Positions 18,066 to 26,022 are shown, numbered from the stretch's first letter. The stretch is 32,000 bases of DNA from Thermodesulfobacteriota bacterium (GCA_026625185.1 CP113000.1:3102651-3134650); one strand, 5' to 3'. Translations and numbers: made by a program. Notes: generated by a model from the letters alone, not told the origin.

Positions 18066-19247
18066 ATGATGAAACCCGTAAAAATAACCGAAGGGATTTA
18101 CTGCTTACCCGCCATTGACTGGAATATCCGGGATTTCCACGGTTATGCTACCGAACAAGGGACAACGTATAACGCTTATCTGATAATGGATGAAAAGATC
18201 ACCTTGGTTGACACCGTGAAAAAAGAATTTGCTGATGACCTCCTTGAAGGCATCGGGCAAATCGTTGACCCGAAAAAGATTGATTATGTTATCAGTAACC
18301 ATACGGAAATGGACCACTCCGGTGGGCTTCCAAGGGTGATGCATAAAATTGGCGAAAACAAACCCATCTATTGCTCCAAGATGGGTTATAAAAATCTTCC
18401 TCGGCATTTCTCTCCGAATCTCAACTATCAGCCGGTTGAAAATGGAGGAGAATTAAAGGTGGGCAAAAGAACCCTGGCCTTCCTGGAAACCAAAATGCTT
18501 CACTGGCCGGACAGCATGGTAACATACGCCAAGGAAGATAAAATTCTTTTTTCCAGTGATGCCTTTGGACAGCACTATGCCGGATTGGAGCGGTTTGATG
18601 ACCAGATCGGAGAAACGATTATGACCTATGCCCGGAAATATTTCGCCAATATCCTTCTTCTCTATTCCGATTTGATACTCAAACTGGCAGAAAAAATAAC
18701 CGCCCTCGGATTGGTTATTGACATCATCTGCCCTGATCATGGCATTATCTGGCGAAAAGATCCGGGCAAAATTATTAATGCCTACGTTGAGTGGAGCGCT
18801 CAAAAGCCAAAGAAAAAAGCGCTGGTCATTTATGACACCATGTGGCAAAGCACTCGCAAAATGGCGGAAGCCATCGTTGAGGGTCTGGGGGATGAAGGGG
18901 TTGACGCTCAGTGCATGCACCTGAGGTCGTTTAACCGCAGCGATATCATAACCGAAGTTCTTGATGCCGGTGCTATTGTTGTTGGCTCTCCAACTCTTAA
19001 TAATGGACTTTTCCCCACGGTCAGTGATTTCTTAACCTATATGAAAGGATTCAAGCCGAAGAACAAAATTGCTGCTGCATTTGGCTCCTACGGGTGGAGT
19101 GGAGAGGCGGTAAAAATAATAACTAAAGCGTTTGATGAAATGAAATTCAATGTGATAGATCCGGGTCTGATGGTCCAATATGTTCCGAACCAAGAAACAT
19201 TTGAGGCCTGTTTCCAACTGGGGAAAAAGATCGGCAGGGCACTTTAA
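18066..19247 (+). CDS. fprA: Flavodiiron protein (FprA / rubredoxin:oxygen oxidoreductase type)
   Basis: A metallo-beta-lactamase-like domain with the diiron motif NHTEMDHSG is joined to a C-terminal flavodoxin domain (ALVIYDTMWQSTRKMA, AAFGSYGWSGEA). Confidence 0.9.
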   Translation: MMKPVKITEGIYCLPAIDWNIRDFHGYATEQGTTYNAYLIMDEKITLVDTVKKEFADDLLEGIGQIVDPKKIDYVISNHTEMDHSGGLPRVMHKIGENKPIYCSKMGYKNLPRHFSPNLNYQPVENGGELKVGKRTLAFLETKMLHWPDSMVTYAKEDKILFSSDAFGQHYAGLERFDDQIGETIMTYARKYFANILLLYSDLILKLAEKITALGLVIDIICPDHGIIWRKDPGKIINAYVEWSAQKPKKKALVIYDTMWQSTRKMAEAIVEGLGDEGVDAQCMHLRSFNRSDIITEVLDAGAIVVGSPTLNNGLFPTVSDFLTYMKGFKPKNKIAAAFGSYGWSGEAVKIITKAFDEMKFNVIDPGLMVQYVPNQETFEACFQLGKKIGRAL

Positions 19248-19586
19248 CTCGCTGAATTGTTATAAAGTTTAGCTTTTCCACTAAATTTAGCTAATTTTTA
19301 GACCATAACGTATTTAATAGTAAAAACCAATCAATATTCGCTTAGGTCAATAATAACGGAAACTCAGGTATATAATTGGAGAAGAGAAGCTCCATGGCCC
19401 CGTAAAATAAAAAGGAAGGCCTTATTGCCAGATAAAAATGTGATGGGCCTTTTTTTGTTTTGCCGAGGGTAGAAAAAAGTGTGAATCCGGTCAATGTGTC
19501 GTAACGGATCAAGGGTGTTATATAAAAACAATACAAACATTATTACCCGGCTCTCAGCGCATATAATCCATTTTAGGTGGCTGGCA

Positions 19587-20312
19587 ATGCAAACCAAGTT
19601 TTTTGGTCTTTTGTTAGCTTCCGCGGTGTGGTTCTCCTGCGCACCCATCAACAGCGCACGCCCAGACCTCAACAGCTCTAACCAAGAATCAAAAAAAAAT
19701 GCCGATTACAAATGGTCACACCTCCAGAGCATTAATGATACTATCGCGCATGCCGAGTATCTAAGGGAGATTGAACGGCAAGTAATTATCGAAATAAACT
19801 TGGTGCGAACTGACCCATCTGAATACGCACGCAAATACCTGGTGCCAATGCGATCCTACTATCACAACAAACTATTGCAGTATCCCGGTGAGTTTGCCAT
19901 TTCAACCGTGGAAGGCCGGCGCGCGCTTGACGACTGCATCAAAGAACTTCAAACGTATAAGTCGCTGCTGCCATTGTCTCCAAAGAATGGGCTCACGCTT
20001 GCGGCGCGTGACCACGCGAAAGACCTGGCAACAACAGGAAAAACTGGCCACACAGGGAGCGATGGTTCGACAATGGTAGACAGGCTTAATCGCTATGGCA
20101 GATGGAAAATTTCTATTGGTGAGAATATAGCCTATGGTCATGAAGATAGTAGAAAAATAGTGACCTCATTGCTCATTGACGATGGAGTATTATCACGGGG
20201 ACACAGAAGAAACCTGCTTGACGAGACCTTCAAGTTCGTTGGTGTCGCAGTTGGGCGCCATCGAATCTATAAATGCATGTGCGTCATAAATTTTGCCGGC
20301 GCATATAATTAG
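19587..20312 (+). CDS. CAP/SCP (PR-1-like, YkwD-type) domain lipoprotein
   Basis: SD aggtgg precedes ATG 19587. The signal peptide has a lipobox-like sequence, MQTKFFGLLLASAVWFSCAP. CAP-type motifs are GHTGSDGS, GENIAYG and RGHRRNLL. Confidence 0.7.
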   Translation: MQTKFFGLLLASAVWFSCAPINSARPDLNSSNQESKKNADYKWSHLQSINDTIAHAEYLREIERQVIIEINLVRTDPSEYARKYLVPMRSYYHNKLLQYPGEFAISTVEGRRALDDCIKELQTYKSLLPLSPKNGLTLAARDHAKDLATTGKTGHTGSDGSTMVDRLNRYGRWKISIGENIAYGHEDSRKIVTSLLIDDGVLSRGHRRNLLDETFKFVGVAVGRHRIYKCMCVINFAGAYN

Positions 20313-20374
20313 GCGACTGGTCTAAGATTTGGGATGTTTTTTAATTAAATTCATTAGAAATGGAGGAACCAATT

Positions 20375-20593
20375 ATGACGGCTAATAGCACATACCAAAT
20401 AATAGAGATAGTCGGAACAAGTAAAACTTCTTGGGAAGAAGCCGCGAAAATTGCTGTTGAAACCGCTGGTAAATCTCTTCGAGACCTAAGGATTGCTGAG
20501 GTTGTAAAGCTGGATATAGCAGTTGAAGATGGAAAAGTCAGTAAATACCGGGTAAGAATGAATCTTTCGTTTAGGTATCACGGGGAGAAATAG
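20375..20593 (+). CDS. Dodecin (flavin storage/binding protein)
   Basis: YQIIEIVGTSKTSWEEAAKIAVETAGKSLRDLRIAEVVKLDIAVEDGKV..YRVRMNLSF matches the dodecin family pattern. I set the start at ATG 20375, 8 nt after ggagg. Confidence 0.8.
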   Translation: MTANSTYQIIEIVGTSKTSWEEAAKIAVETAGKSLRDLRIAEVVKLDIAVEDGKVSKYRVRMNLSFRYHGEK

Positions 20594-20737
20594 GTTTTAG
20601 AGAAGTAAATCATTTTCTGGATTAAGGAAGAGTAAAATACTTTCGGATGCGGTTTGGATAAGGCTTTTTTTAGTAAAGGCTCGTGAAAGAGTATAGGTTT
20701 AATGAATCATCATGCGCTGGAACTTCCCCTGCCCTCC

Positions 20738-20786
20738 CTCTTTTCTAAAGAGACTACTTATTCGCCCCCTCTTTTCGAAAGAGGGG
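20738..20786. repeat. Two tandem related hairpin units (CCCTCTTTTC-NA-AAGAG core)
   Basis: Unit A is ctcttt-tct-aaagag (20738-20752). Unit B is cccctcttt-tcg-aaagagggg (20766-20786, a 9-bp perfect stem). Neither has a flanking T-run. Confidence 0.4.
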
Positions 20787-20808
20787 ATAAATTAGTTTAC
20801 TTCATTAA

Positions 20809-21276
20809 TTTGTCATCGGAATAGTAATCGGCATCACCCTGGAATTCCAATTCGGAACCAACTGGGACCGGTACTCGAAGTTTGTGGGAGATATTTTTGG
20901 TTCTCTCCTTGCTATTGATGCGACTGCCGCATTTTTTCTCGAATCAACCTTTATTTCCGTGTGGGCTTTGGGATGGAAACGACTCTCTCCCAAAGCCCAT
21001 ACCCTAACTATCTGACTGGTGGTAATAGCATCCAACCTTTACGACGTGTGGATCCTTATTGCCAATTACTGGATGCAATATCCGGTTGGTTTCGTCATCA
21101 GAATTGGTCAGATTGAATTGACAGACTTTCTGGCGGTCATAATCCAGACCTTAAAAATCATGCTGGGGGTTCCGCTCATTTTTGTCCCGCTTATCATCGC
21201 CTATCAGGCCTTGGCATATAATTTTTTTAAAGGCAAAGCCAAAGAACAAGCACTCGCCTACGAAGAACCCTACTAA
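20809..21276 (+). pseudogene. cydAB: Relic of cytochrome bd oxidase genes: cydA internal fragment fused to the cydB C-terminus
   Basis: Reading gives ..GIVIGITLEFQFGTNWDRYSKFVGDIFGSLLAIDATAAFFLESTF..GWKRLSPKAHTLTI*LVVIASNLYDVWILIANYWMQYPVG. This is CydA helices II-IV, with TGA 21013-21015 at a conserved Trp. It then jumps to a CydB-like tail, PLIIAYQALAYNFFKGKA...EEPY. There is no N-terminus and no start codon. Confidence 0.7.
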
Positions 21277-21316
21277 GCAATTACGGTTGTAAACCGAAAA
21301 ACAAATTTCCCGTACG

Positions 21317-21346
21317 AAGGGTCAAGGAAAAATTTCTTTGACCCTT
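21317..21346 (+). terminator. Hairpin terminator-like element
   Basis: 11-bp stem aagggtcaagg/ctttgaccctt with one G-U pair that works only on the + strand. The loop is 8 nt and is followed by ttgtgtcatcattt. Confidence 0.45.
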
Positions 21347-21392
21347 TGTGTCATCATTTGAAAATAACCCGATTGCCGTTTATAATACCTTC

Positions 21393-22853
21393 ATGAAAAA
21401 AATGAAGCTTAGCATCTTTACCAGACTTATAATCAGCTACCTGGCAATTATCCTGCTTATTATCTGCCTGGGAGTCTACGCGGTTTTAAGCCTCAACTAT
21501 GTTAACCAAAGTATGGATTATATCATTTCTGTGGATGGCGTCACCATAAGGCTGACCACTGAGCTTTCAGACACCCTTTTAACCCAGCTGGAGTTAGAAA
21601 AAAAATATTTTGTTTTAAATGACCGTGATTTCTATGAACATTTTGGGAAGTCAGAAGAATCTTTCCTTAAGGTCTATAACCAGCTGGAAAAAACTGTCGA
21701 TACACCCAAAAAAAGAACACTGGTAAAAGAGACAAAAGATGCCTATATTTTCTATTGTTCCCTTTTCAGGAAACAAGCATTGTTACCGCTCCGCAAATGG
21801 GATAAAAAGGGCTATAAAATCTACCAGGGAAAAAGGGAGGAGTTGATAGCCGAAATAGATCAAAAGCTTAAAGAGATTGTCATGATGGCTGATGCTGACC
21901 GGGAAATAAGGACGCAGGCAACCAGAGCGAAAAGCATTCAGGTTATCAGGGTTACCATTATCACGCTGGCTGTTGCCTTTTTGATGGTAATTTTTATATC
22001 CGTCCTTAACACCAGAAGCATAAGTCACCCTATCCTCCTTTTGAAAGAAAAGACCAAGGAGGTGGCCAAAGGGAAATATCCTCAACCTTTACATATTGCT
22101 TCCCCGCCGGAAATCGGTGATCTGACTTCGGCCTTTGCTACTATGATCGAGCGGCTGAGAGAGCTGGATGATATGAAGATAGACTTCATCAGCCATATAT
22201 CCCATAAGCTTCGCACCCCTCTCACGGCCATACAGGAGGCATCGGGTATGCTTCTTGACGGAGTCTTTTCTGACGCCCCGGAAAGAGAATATGAACTTTA
22301 TTCCATTATCAAAGAAGAGTGTAAGCGGCTGATTGATGAGGTCAACCGAATCCTTGACCTTTCCCGAATGGAAGCAGGGATGATGGATTATAATTTTGAA
22401 ACCTCTGATATTACGCCCATCATTCGGAAGACGGTATTGAAATTGACGCCTCTGGCCCAAAAAAAAGGAATTGATTTTGAGATGAAACTCAGAGATAAGC
22501 TTCCCCTGGTAAGGATGGATCCAGAAAGGATTACCCAGGTGGTAGAAGAGCTACTGGGAAACGCCCTCAAATTTACGGCAAAAGGGGGGACCATCACCAT
22601 TTCCGCCTTGATAAGTAAACAGAGCATGCTTCAGGTATTGGTCGCAGATACCGGTTGCGGCATCCCGGAGGAGGCCCTGGAACGGGTGTTTGATAAATTT
22701 AAACGGATAGAACGAGGCCGCGCTGCAGAGAGAGGAACCGGATTGGGGCTTTCTCTGGCCAAACACATTATCATTGTTCACGGAGGTCAAATATGGGCCG
22801 GAAGCGAGCCGGGAAAAGGGAGTACCTTTTCTTTTACCTTGCCGCTATCATGA
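21393..22853 (+). CDS. Membrane sensor histidine kinase (two TM segments, periplasmic domain, HAMP-like linker)
   Basis: TM1 is LIISYLAIILLIICLGVYAVL and TM2 is VTIITLAVAFLMVIFISVL. H-box FISHISHKLRTPL, N-box LLGNALKFT, then DTGCGIP and GTGLGLSLA. The likely start is ATG 21393. The gene ends in TGA. Confidence 0.85.
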   Translation: MKKMKLSIFTRLIISYLAIILLIICLGVYAVLSLNYVNQSMDYIISVDGVTIRLTTELSDTLLTQLELEKKYFVLNDRDFYEHFGKSEESFLKVYNQLEKTVDTPKKRTLVKETKDAYIFYCSLFRKQALLPLRKWDKKGYKIYQGKREELIAEIDQKLKEIVMMADADREIRTQATRAKSIQVIRVTIITLAVAFLMVIFISVLNTRSISHPILLLKEKTKEVAKGKYPQPLHIASPPEIGDLTSAFATMIERLRELDDMKIDFISHISHKLRTPLTAIQEASGMLLDGVFSDAPEREYELYSIIKEECKRLIDEVNRILDLSRMEAGMMDYNFETSDITPIIRKTVLKLTPLAQKKGIDFEMKLRDKLPLVRMDPERITQVVEELLGNALKFTAKGGTITISALISKQSMLQVLVADTGCGIPEEALERVFDKFKRIERGRAAERGTGLGLSLAKHIIIVHGGQIWAGSEPGKGSTFSFTLPLS

Positions 22854-23257
22854 TCTGGACTTTGGTTCTGGGAGGGTGCATCATTAAAGAAAAGCCCCTT
22901 CAATCTGATTCAGAGGACCTTATGATAAGAGGCGAATACAGCCGCGCACTGGAAAAAAATCGACAACTATTGGGAAATTATCCCCGTATGGGGGACCGGG
23001 CTCTTTTTCAGATGGGTCTCATCTACTCCCATCCAAAAAATCCAAACAGAAATTTGAAAAAATCTTTGGGATATTTTCAAAGGATATTTAAGGAGTACCC
23101 GAAGAGCGACCTGAAAAATCAGGCCGGCATATGGGTACTTTGCCTGCATGAGGACATAGCTAAGGACAAAAAGATAAATGACCTGCAACAGCAGATAAAA
23201 AAATTGAAAGAGATCGATTTAGGCATCCAGGAAAAAAATAAGAAATCTTTACCATAG
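22850..23257 (+). CDS. Small lipoprotein with helical/TPR-like and coiled-coil regions, encoded between the kinase and the regulator
   Basis: ATG 22850 overlaps the kinase stop (ATGA). The lipobox is MIWTLVLGGC and the C-terminal coiled coil is KKINDLQQQIKKLKEIDL. Confidence 0.6.
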   Translation: MIWTLVLGGCIIKEKPLQSDSEDLMIRGEYSRALEKNRQLLGNYPRMGDRALFQMGLIYSHPKNPNRNLKKSLGYFQRIFKEYPKSDLKNQAGIWVLCLHEDIAKDKKINDLQQQIKKLKEIDLGIQEKNKKSLP

Positions 23258-23264
23258 ACCGGAC

Positions 23265-24626
23265 GTGATGATGAACAAGATACTGATTGTTGACGACGAT
23301 GTAAGCATTCTCAAGGTCATACGGCTGAGGCTGGAGTCTGAAGGATATTTGGTAACCTCCCTTGCCGAGGCCCATGATGCAATAGAAAAAACCAAAGAGG
23401 AGGAATTTGATCTGGCACTGGTAGACCTTAAACTCGCCCGGAAAGATGGTATTGAACTCATGGAGACGTTACACCATATTCACCCGGAAATGCCGGTCAT
23501 TATCCTTACCGCTTACGGCACCATTGAAAGCGCGGTTAACGCGATGCAAAAAGGGGCTTACAGCTACCTCACCAAACCTTTTGACCATCGCCAACTTCTT
23601 CTGCAGATAAAAAACGGTATTGAGCGTAACCGGCTTTTCCGGGAGGTGAAAAGGCTTAAGGAAATGGTCGGGGAACGGTATGAATTCAAGAATATCATCG
23701 TCAAGAGCGAAAAAATGAAAGAAGTGCTGGAGCAAGTAGCCCGTGCCGCGGAAACCGACTCGAATGTTTTCATTCAGGGTGAAAGCGGAACCGGGAAGGA
23801 ACTTATCGCCAAAGCACTGCACCTGGCAAGCTCGAGAAAAGACAGCCCTTTTCTGGCCATCAACTGCGCGGCCATCCCGGAAACGCTGCTGGAGAGCGAG
23901 CTTTTCGGTTTTACCAAAGGCGCCTTTACCGGGGCGGTCTACGCCAAAAAGGGGCTCTTTGCTCAGGCCAATGATGGCTCTATGCTTTTGGATGAGATAA
24001 CTGAAACCCCGCTGCCCATGCAGACGAAGTTGTTGCGGGTGATAGAAGAAAAAGAATTTCATCCTCTGGGATCGGAAAAGCCTATTAAAGTGGATGTAAG
24101 GATAATAGCTGCCTCAAATAAAAATCCGGAGAAAGAAGTCTTAGAAGGAAATTTCCGCAGCGATCTCTTCTTTCGTCTCCATGTCATACCTATCCATCTA
24201 CCTCCTCTGAGAGAGAGAAAAGAGGATATTCCACTTCTGGTAACTCATTTTTTGAAAAAATGTTCCGAAGAGATTAAAAAGGAAATTAAGGGGATTTCAC
24301 CTGCCGCCATACAAAAGCTCCTCGCCTATTCATGGCCGGGAAATGTGAGGGAACTGGAAAACACTATTGAATATGCGGTGGCCATGACCACCCGGGATGT
24401 GATTGATGAAGAACTGATTCTGCAGACCAAAAAGGGTGCTGAAACCAATTTGAAATCCTTGAAAGAGGCCAAAAAGGATTTTGAAAGAAACTATATCGTT
24501 AACCTCTTGGTGCTTACCGAAGGTAACGTAAGCAAAGCTGCTGAACTCGCCGGAAAATACCGGGCTGATTTTTATGAACTCCTGAAAAAACATAATCTTA
24601 ATCCATCGGATTTTAAAGGTTCTTAA
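23265..24626 (+). CDS. Sigma-54-dependent response regulator (NtrC family)
   Basis: REC domain (ILIVDDD, VDLKLARKDG), AAA+ Walker A GESGTGKE, the sigma-54 contact motif GAFTGA, and a C-terminal Fis-type HTH (NVSKAAELAGKYR). Confidence 0.9.
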   Translation: MMMNKILIVDDDVSILKVIRLRLESEGYLVTSLAEAHDAIEKTKEEEFDLALVDLKLARKDGIELMETLHHIHPEMPVIILTAYGTIESAVNAMQKGAYSYLTKPFDHRQLLLQIKNGIERNRLFREVKRLKEMVGERYEFKNIIVKSEKMKEVLEQVARAAETDSNVFIQGESGTGKELIAKALHLASSRKDSPFLAINCAAIPETLLESELFGFTKGAFTGAVYAKKGLFAQANDGSMLLDEITETPLPMQTKLLRVIEEKEFHPLGSEKPIKVDVRIIAASNKNPEKEVLEGNFRSDLFFRLHVIPIHLPPLRERKEDIPLLVTHFLKKCSEEIKKEIKGISPAAIQKLLAYSWPGNVRELENTIEYAVAMTTRDVIDEELILQTKKGAETNLKSLKEAKKDFERNYIVNLLVLTEGNVSKAAELAGKYRADFYELLKKHNLNPSDFKGS

Positions 24627-24634
24627 TGATTTGC

Positions 24635-24724
24635 AGGAAATTCCCTTCGCTTAAAAAATAATAATTTCAAAGCGATAACTTTTTGCTCCGACACTCCTTG
24701 TCACCTTTGAAGGAAAATCCCTTC
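24635..24724 (+). promoter_or_regulatory. Candidate enhancer (UAS): two copies of a 14-mer AGGAAAWTCCCTTC
   Basis: aggaaattcccttc (24635-24648) and aggaaaatcccttc (24711-24724) match at 13 of 14 positions. The second copy lies inside an 18-bp palindrome TGAAGG-N6-CCTTCA (24708-24725). They sit 75-160 bp upstream of the -24/-12 element. Confidence 0.45.
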
Positions 24725-24797
24725 ACACCCCTCTGCAAAAACTTTTTAATACAAAATTAAATTTTAAAATTCAACAAGTTGCATTGCATAAATGAAT

Positions 24798-24813
24798 TGG
24801 TATTGTTCTTGCT
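24798..24813 (+). promoter_or_regulatory. Sigma-54 (-24/-12) promoter
   Basis: TGGTATTGTTCTTGCT has GG and GC separated by exactly 10 nt, as in the consensus TGGCAC-N5-TTGCW. It lies 64 nt upstream of ATG 24877. A near-consensus IHF site, attcaacaagttg (24769-24781), is just upstream. Confidence 0.6.
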
Positions 24814-24876
24814 TGTTATGATTTTTGCCTTAATACATTAACCAAAACACCTCATAGAATTCCCCAGGAGGTAACA

Positions 24877-25365
24877 ATGAAAAAACTATTTTTTATGGCT
24901 CTGGTATTGGCAATCATTATTAGTTGTGCAAATGCACAAAGGTGGGTTCAGGATAACCCCAAAACTGCTTTAGGAATAGCTGCTGGCGCCGCAACCGGGG
25001 GGTTGGCAGGTGGACTCATAGGACATCAGGTGGGACATACCGCCGGTGGACTCCTGATTGGTGCTGGTTTAGGGGGAGTGGCCGGGGGTCTGATTGGTAA
25101 TTCGGTAGAAGACCGGGGTTCTTCGTCTCATGCCAGGTCCCGTTCTTCTTCTTCACGGTACGACCCGGCGGTAGCCGACGTCCAGAAATCCCTCAATTGC
25201 AGGGGATATAACTGTGGGGCAGCAGATGGGATTATGGGTTCCAGGACCCGCCAAGCAGTCATGCGTTTTCAGAGAGACCACGGACTCCCCGTGGACGGAA
25301 TAGCCGGACCCGCTACCTGTGCGAAAATACGTGAGACAAAAAATTCAGAAGCCAGAAACCTTTAA
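24877..25365 (+). CDS. Lipoprotein with a glycine-zipper region, a Ser/Arg-rich linker and a C-terminal peptidoglycan-binding (PG_binding_1) domain
   Basis: SD aggagg. The lipobox is LAIIISC, the Gly zipper is GIAAGAATGGLAGGLIGHQVGHTAGGLLIGAGLGGVAGGLIG, and the PG-binding motif is GIMGSRTRQAVMRFQRDHGLPVDGIAGPAT. Confidence 0.75.
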   Translation: MKKLFFMALVLAIIISCANAQRWVQDNPKTALGIAAGAATGGLAGGLIGHQVGHTAGGLLIGAGLGGVAGGLIGNSVEDRGSSSHARSRSSSSRYDPAVADVQKSLNCRGYNCGAADGIMGSRTRQAVMRFQRDHGLPVDGIAGPATCAKIRETKNSEARNL

Positions 25366-25397
25366 ACCCGGTGCAGCTCCGTTTTCAGAAATGGAGT

Positions 25398-25811
25398 GAG
25401 GACATCATGAAAAGAAAAATACTAATTGCCCTGCTTGGACTCTCCCTAACCGGACTACATGGTTTATTCTTACCCGAAAAGGCATTTTCCGGAGATGTAG
25501 ATGTTCATATCGGAATAGGAGTGTCGGTTTTGCCTATGGTAATGATGCCTGCACCACCAGCGGTTGTTTTGATTCCCAACACGCCAGTTTACTATGCTCC
25601 TGATATGGGCATGGATATGTTCTTTTATTCCGGCTACTGGTACCGGAGACATCATAATTATTGGTTTAGAGCGGCGTATTATAATGGTCCCTGGATGTAT
25701 ATGTCCCCCAGACGTGTTCCTGCTGTCGTCATGAATGCACCTTATCATAAAATTCCTCCGGGACACATGAAAATCCCCTATGGTCAACTTAAGAAACATT
25801 GGGAAAAATAG
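25398..25811 (+). CDS. Exported protein of unknown function, rich in Tyr/Trp/Met/Pro/His
   Basis: ATG 25398 begins a signal peptide, MKRKILIALLGLSLTGLHG. The mature part contains VYYAPDMGMDMFFYSGYWYRRHHNYWFRAAYYNGPWMYM. I recognise no family. Confidence 0.55.
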   Translation, partial: EDIMKRKILIALLGLSLTGLHGLFLPEKAFSGDVDVHIGIGVSVLPMVMMPAPPAVVLIPNTPVYYAPDMGMDMFFYSGYWYRRHHNYWFRAAYYNGPWMYMSPRRVPAVVMNAPYHKIPPGHMKIPYGQLKKHWEK

Positions 25812-25894
25812 GGTAAGGAATATCCGGAGCACCGTAATGATTGTCGCAGGCGGGACTCCATAATCTCCTTCCCGTAGAAAGTGGCTTCAAAGAT

Positions 25895-25920
25895 TTCCTC
25901 TTACCTTTTTGAGGAATTTT
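25895..25920 (+). terminator. Weak rho-independent terminator
   Basis: 6-bp stem ttcctc/gaggaa with a 10-nt loop, followed by tttt. Confidence 0.35.
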
Positions 25921-26022
25921 GAGGTGGCACAGGGTGGCAACCGGAACAATAAAAAAATTTAACAATAAGGCTAATAAAAAATAAGAATCAACTTCATATT
26001 GAAAGCAAGGTCGGGGAGGAAG

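Noticed and set aside
21013-21015. TGA in the cydA fragment read as selenocysteine
   Set aside because: It aligns with a conserved Trp (a TGG-to-TGA change) in a fragment that is truncated at both ends, so it is a nonsense mutation in a relic.
23469-24062. Long antisense ORFs inside well-supported genes (for example 23469-24062, 18453-18920, 27873-28292, 8954-9424, 3771-4013 and 31252-31623)
   Set aside because: They lie opposite strongly conserved coding frames, lack SD sequences, and have low-complexity or Arg/Ser/Phe-rich translations typical of antisense frames.
25925-25940. Sigma-54-like TGGCAC motif (tggcacagggtggcaa) upstream of the orphan receiver gene
   Set aside because: The GG-to-GC spacing is 9 nt instead of the required 10, and the -12 element is GGCA and not TTGC. 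It is probably fortuitous.
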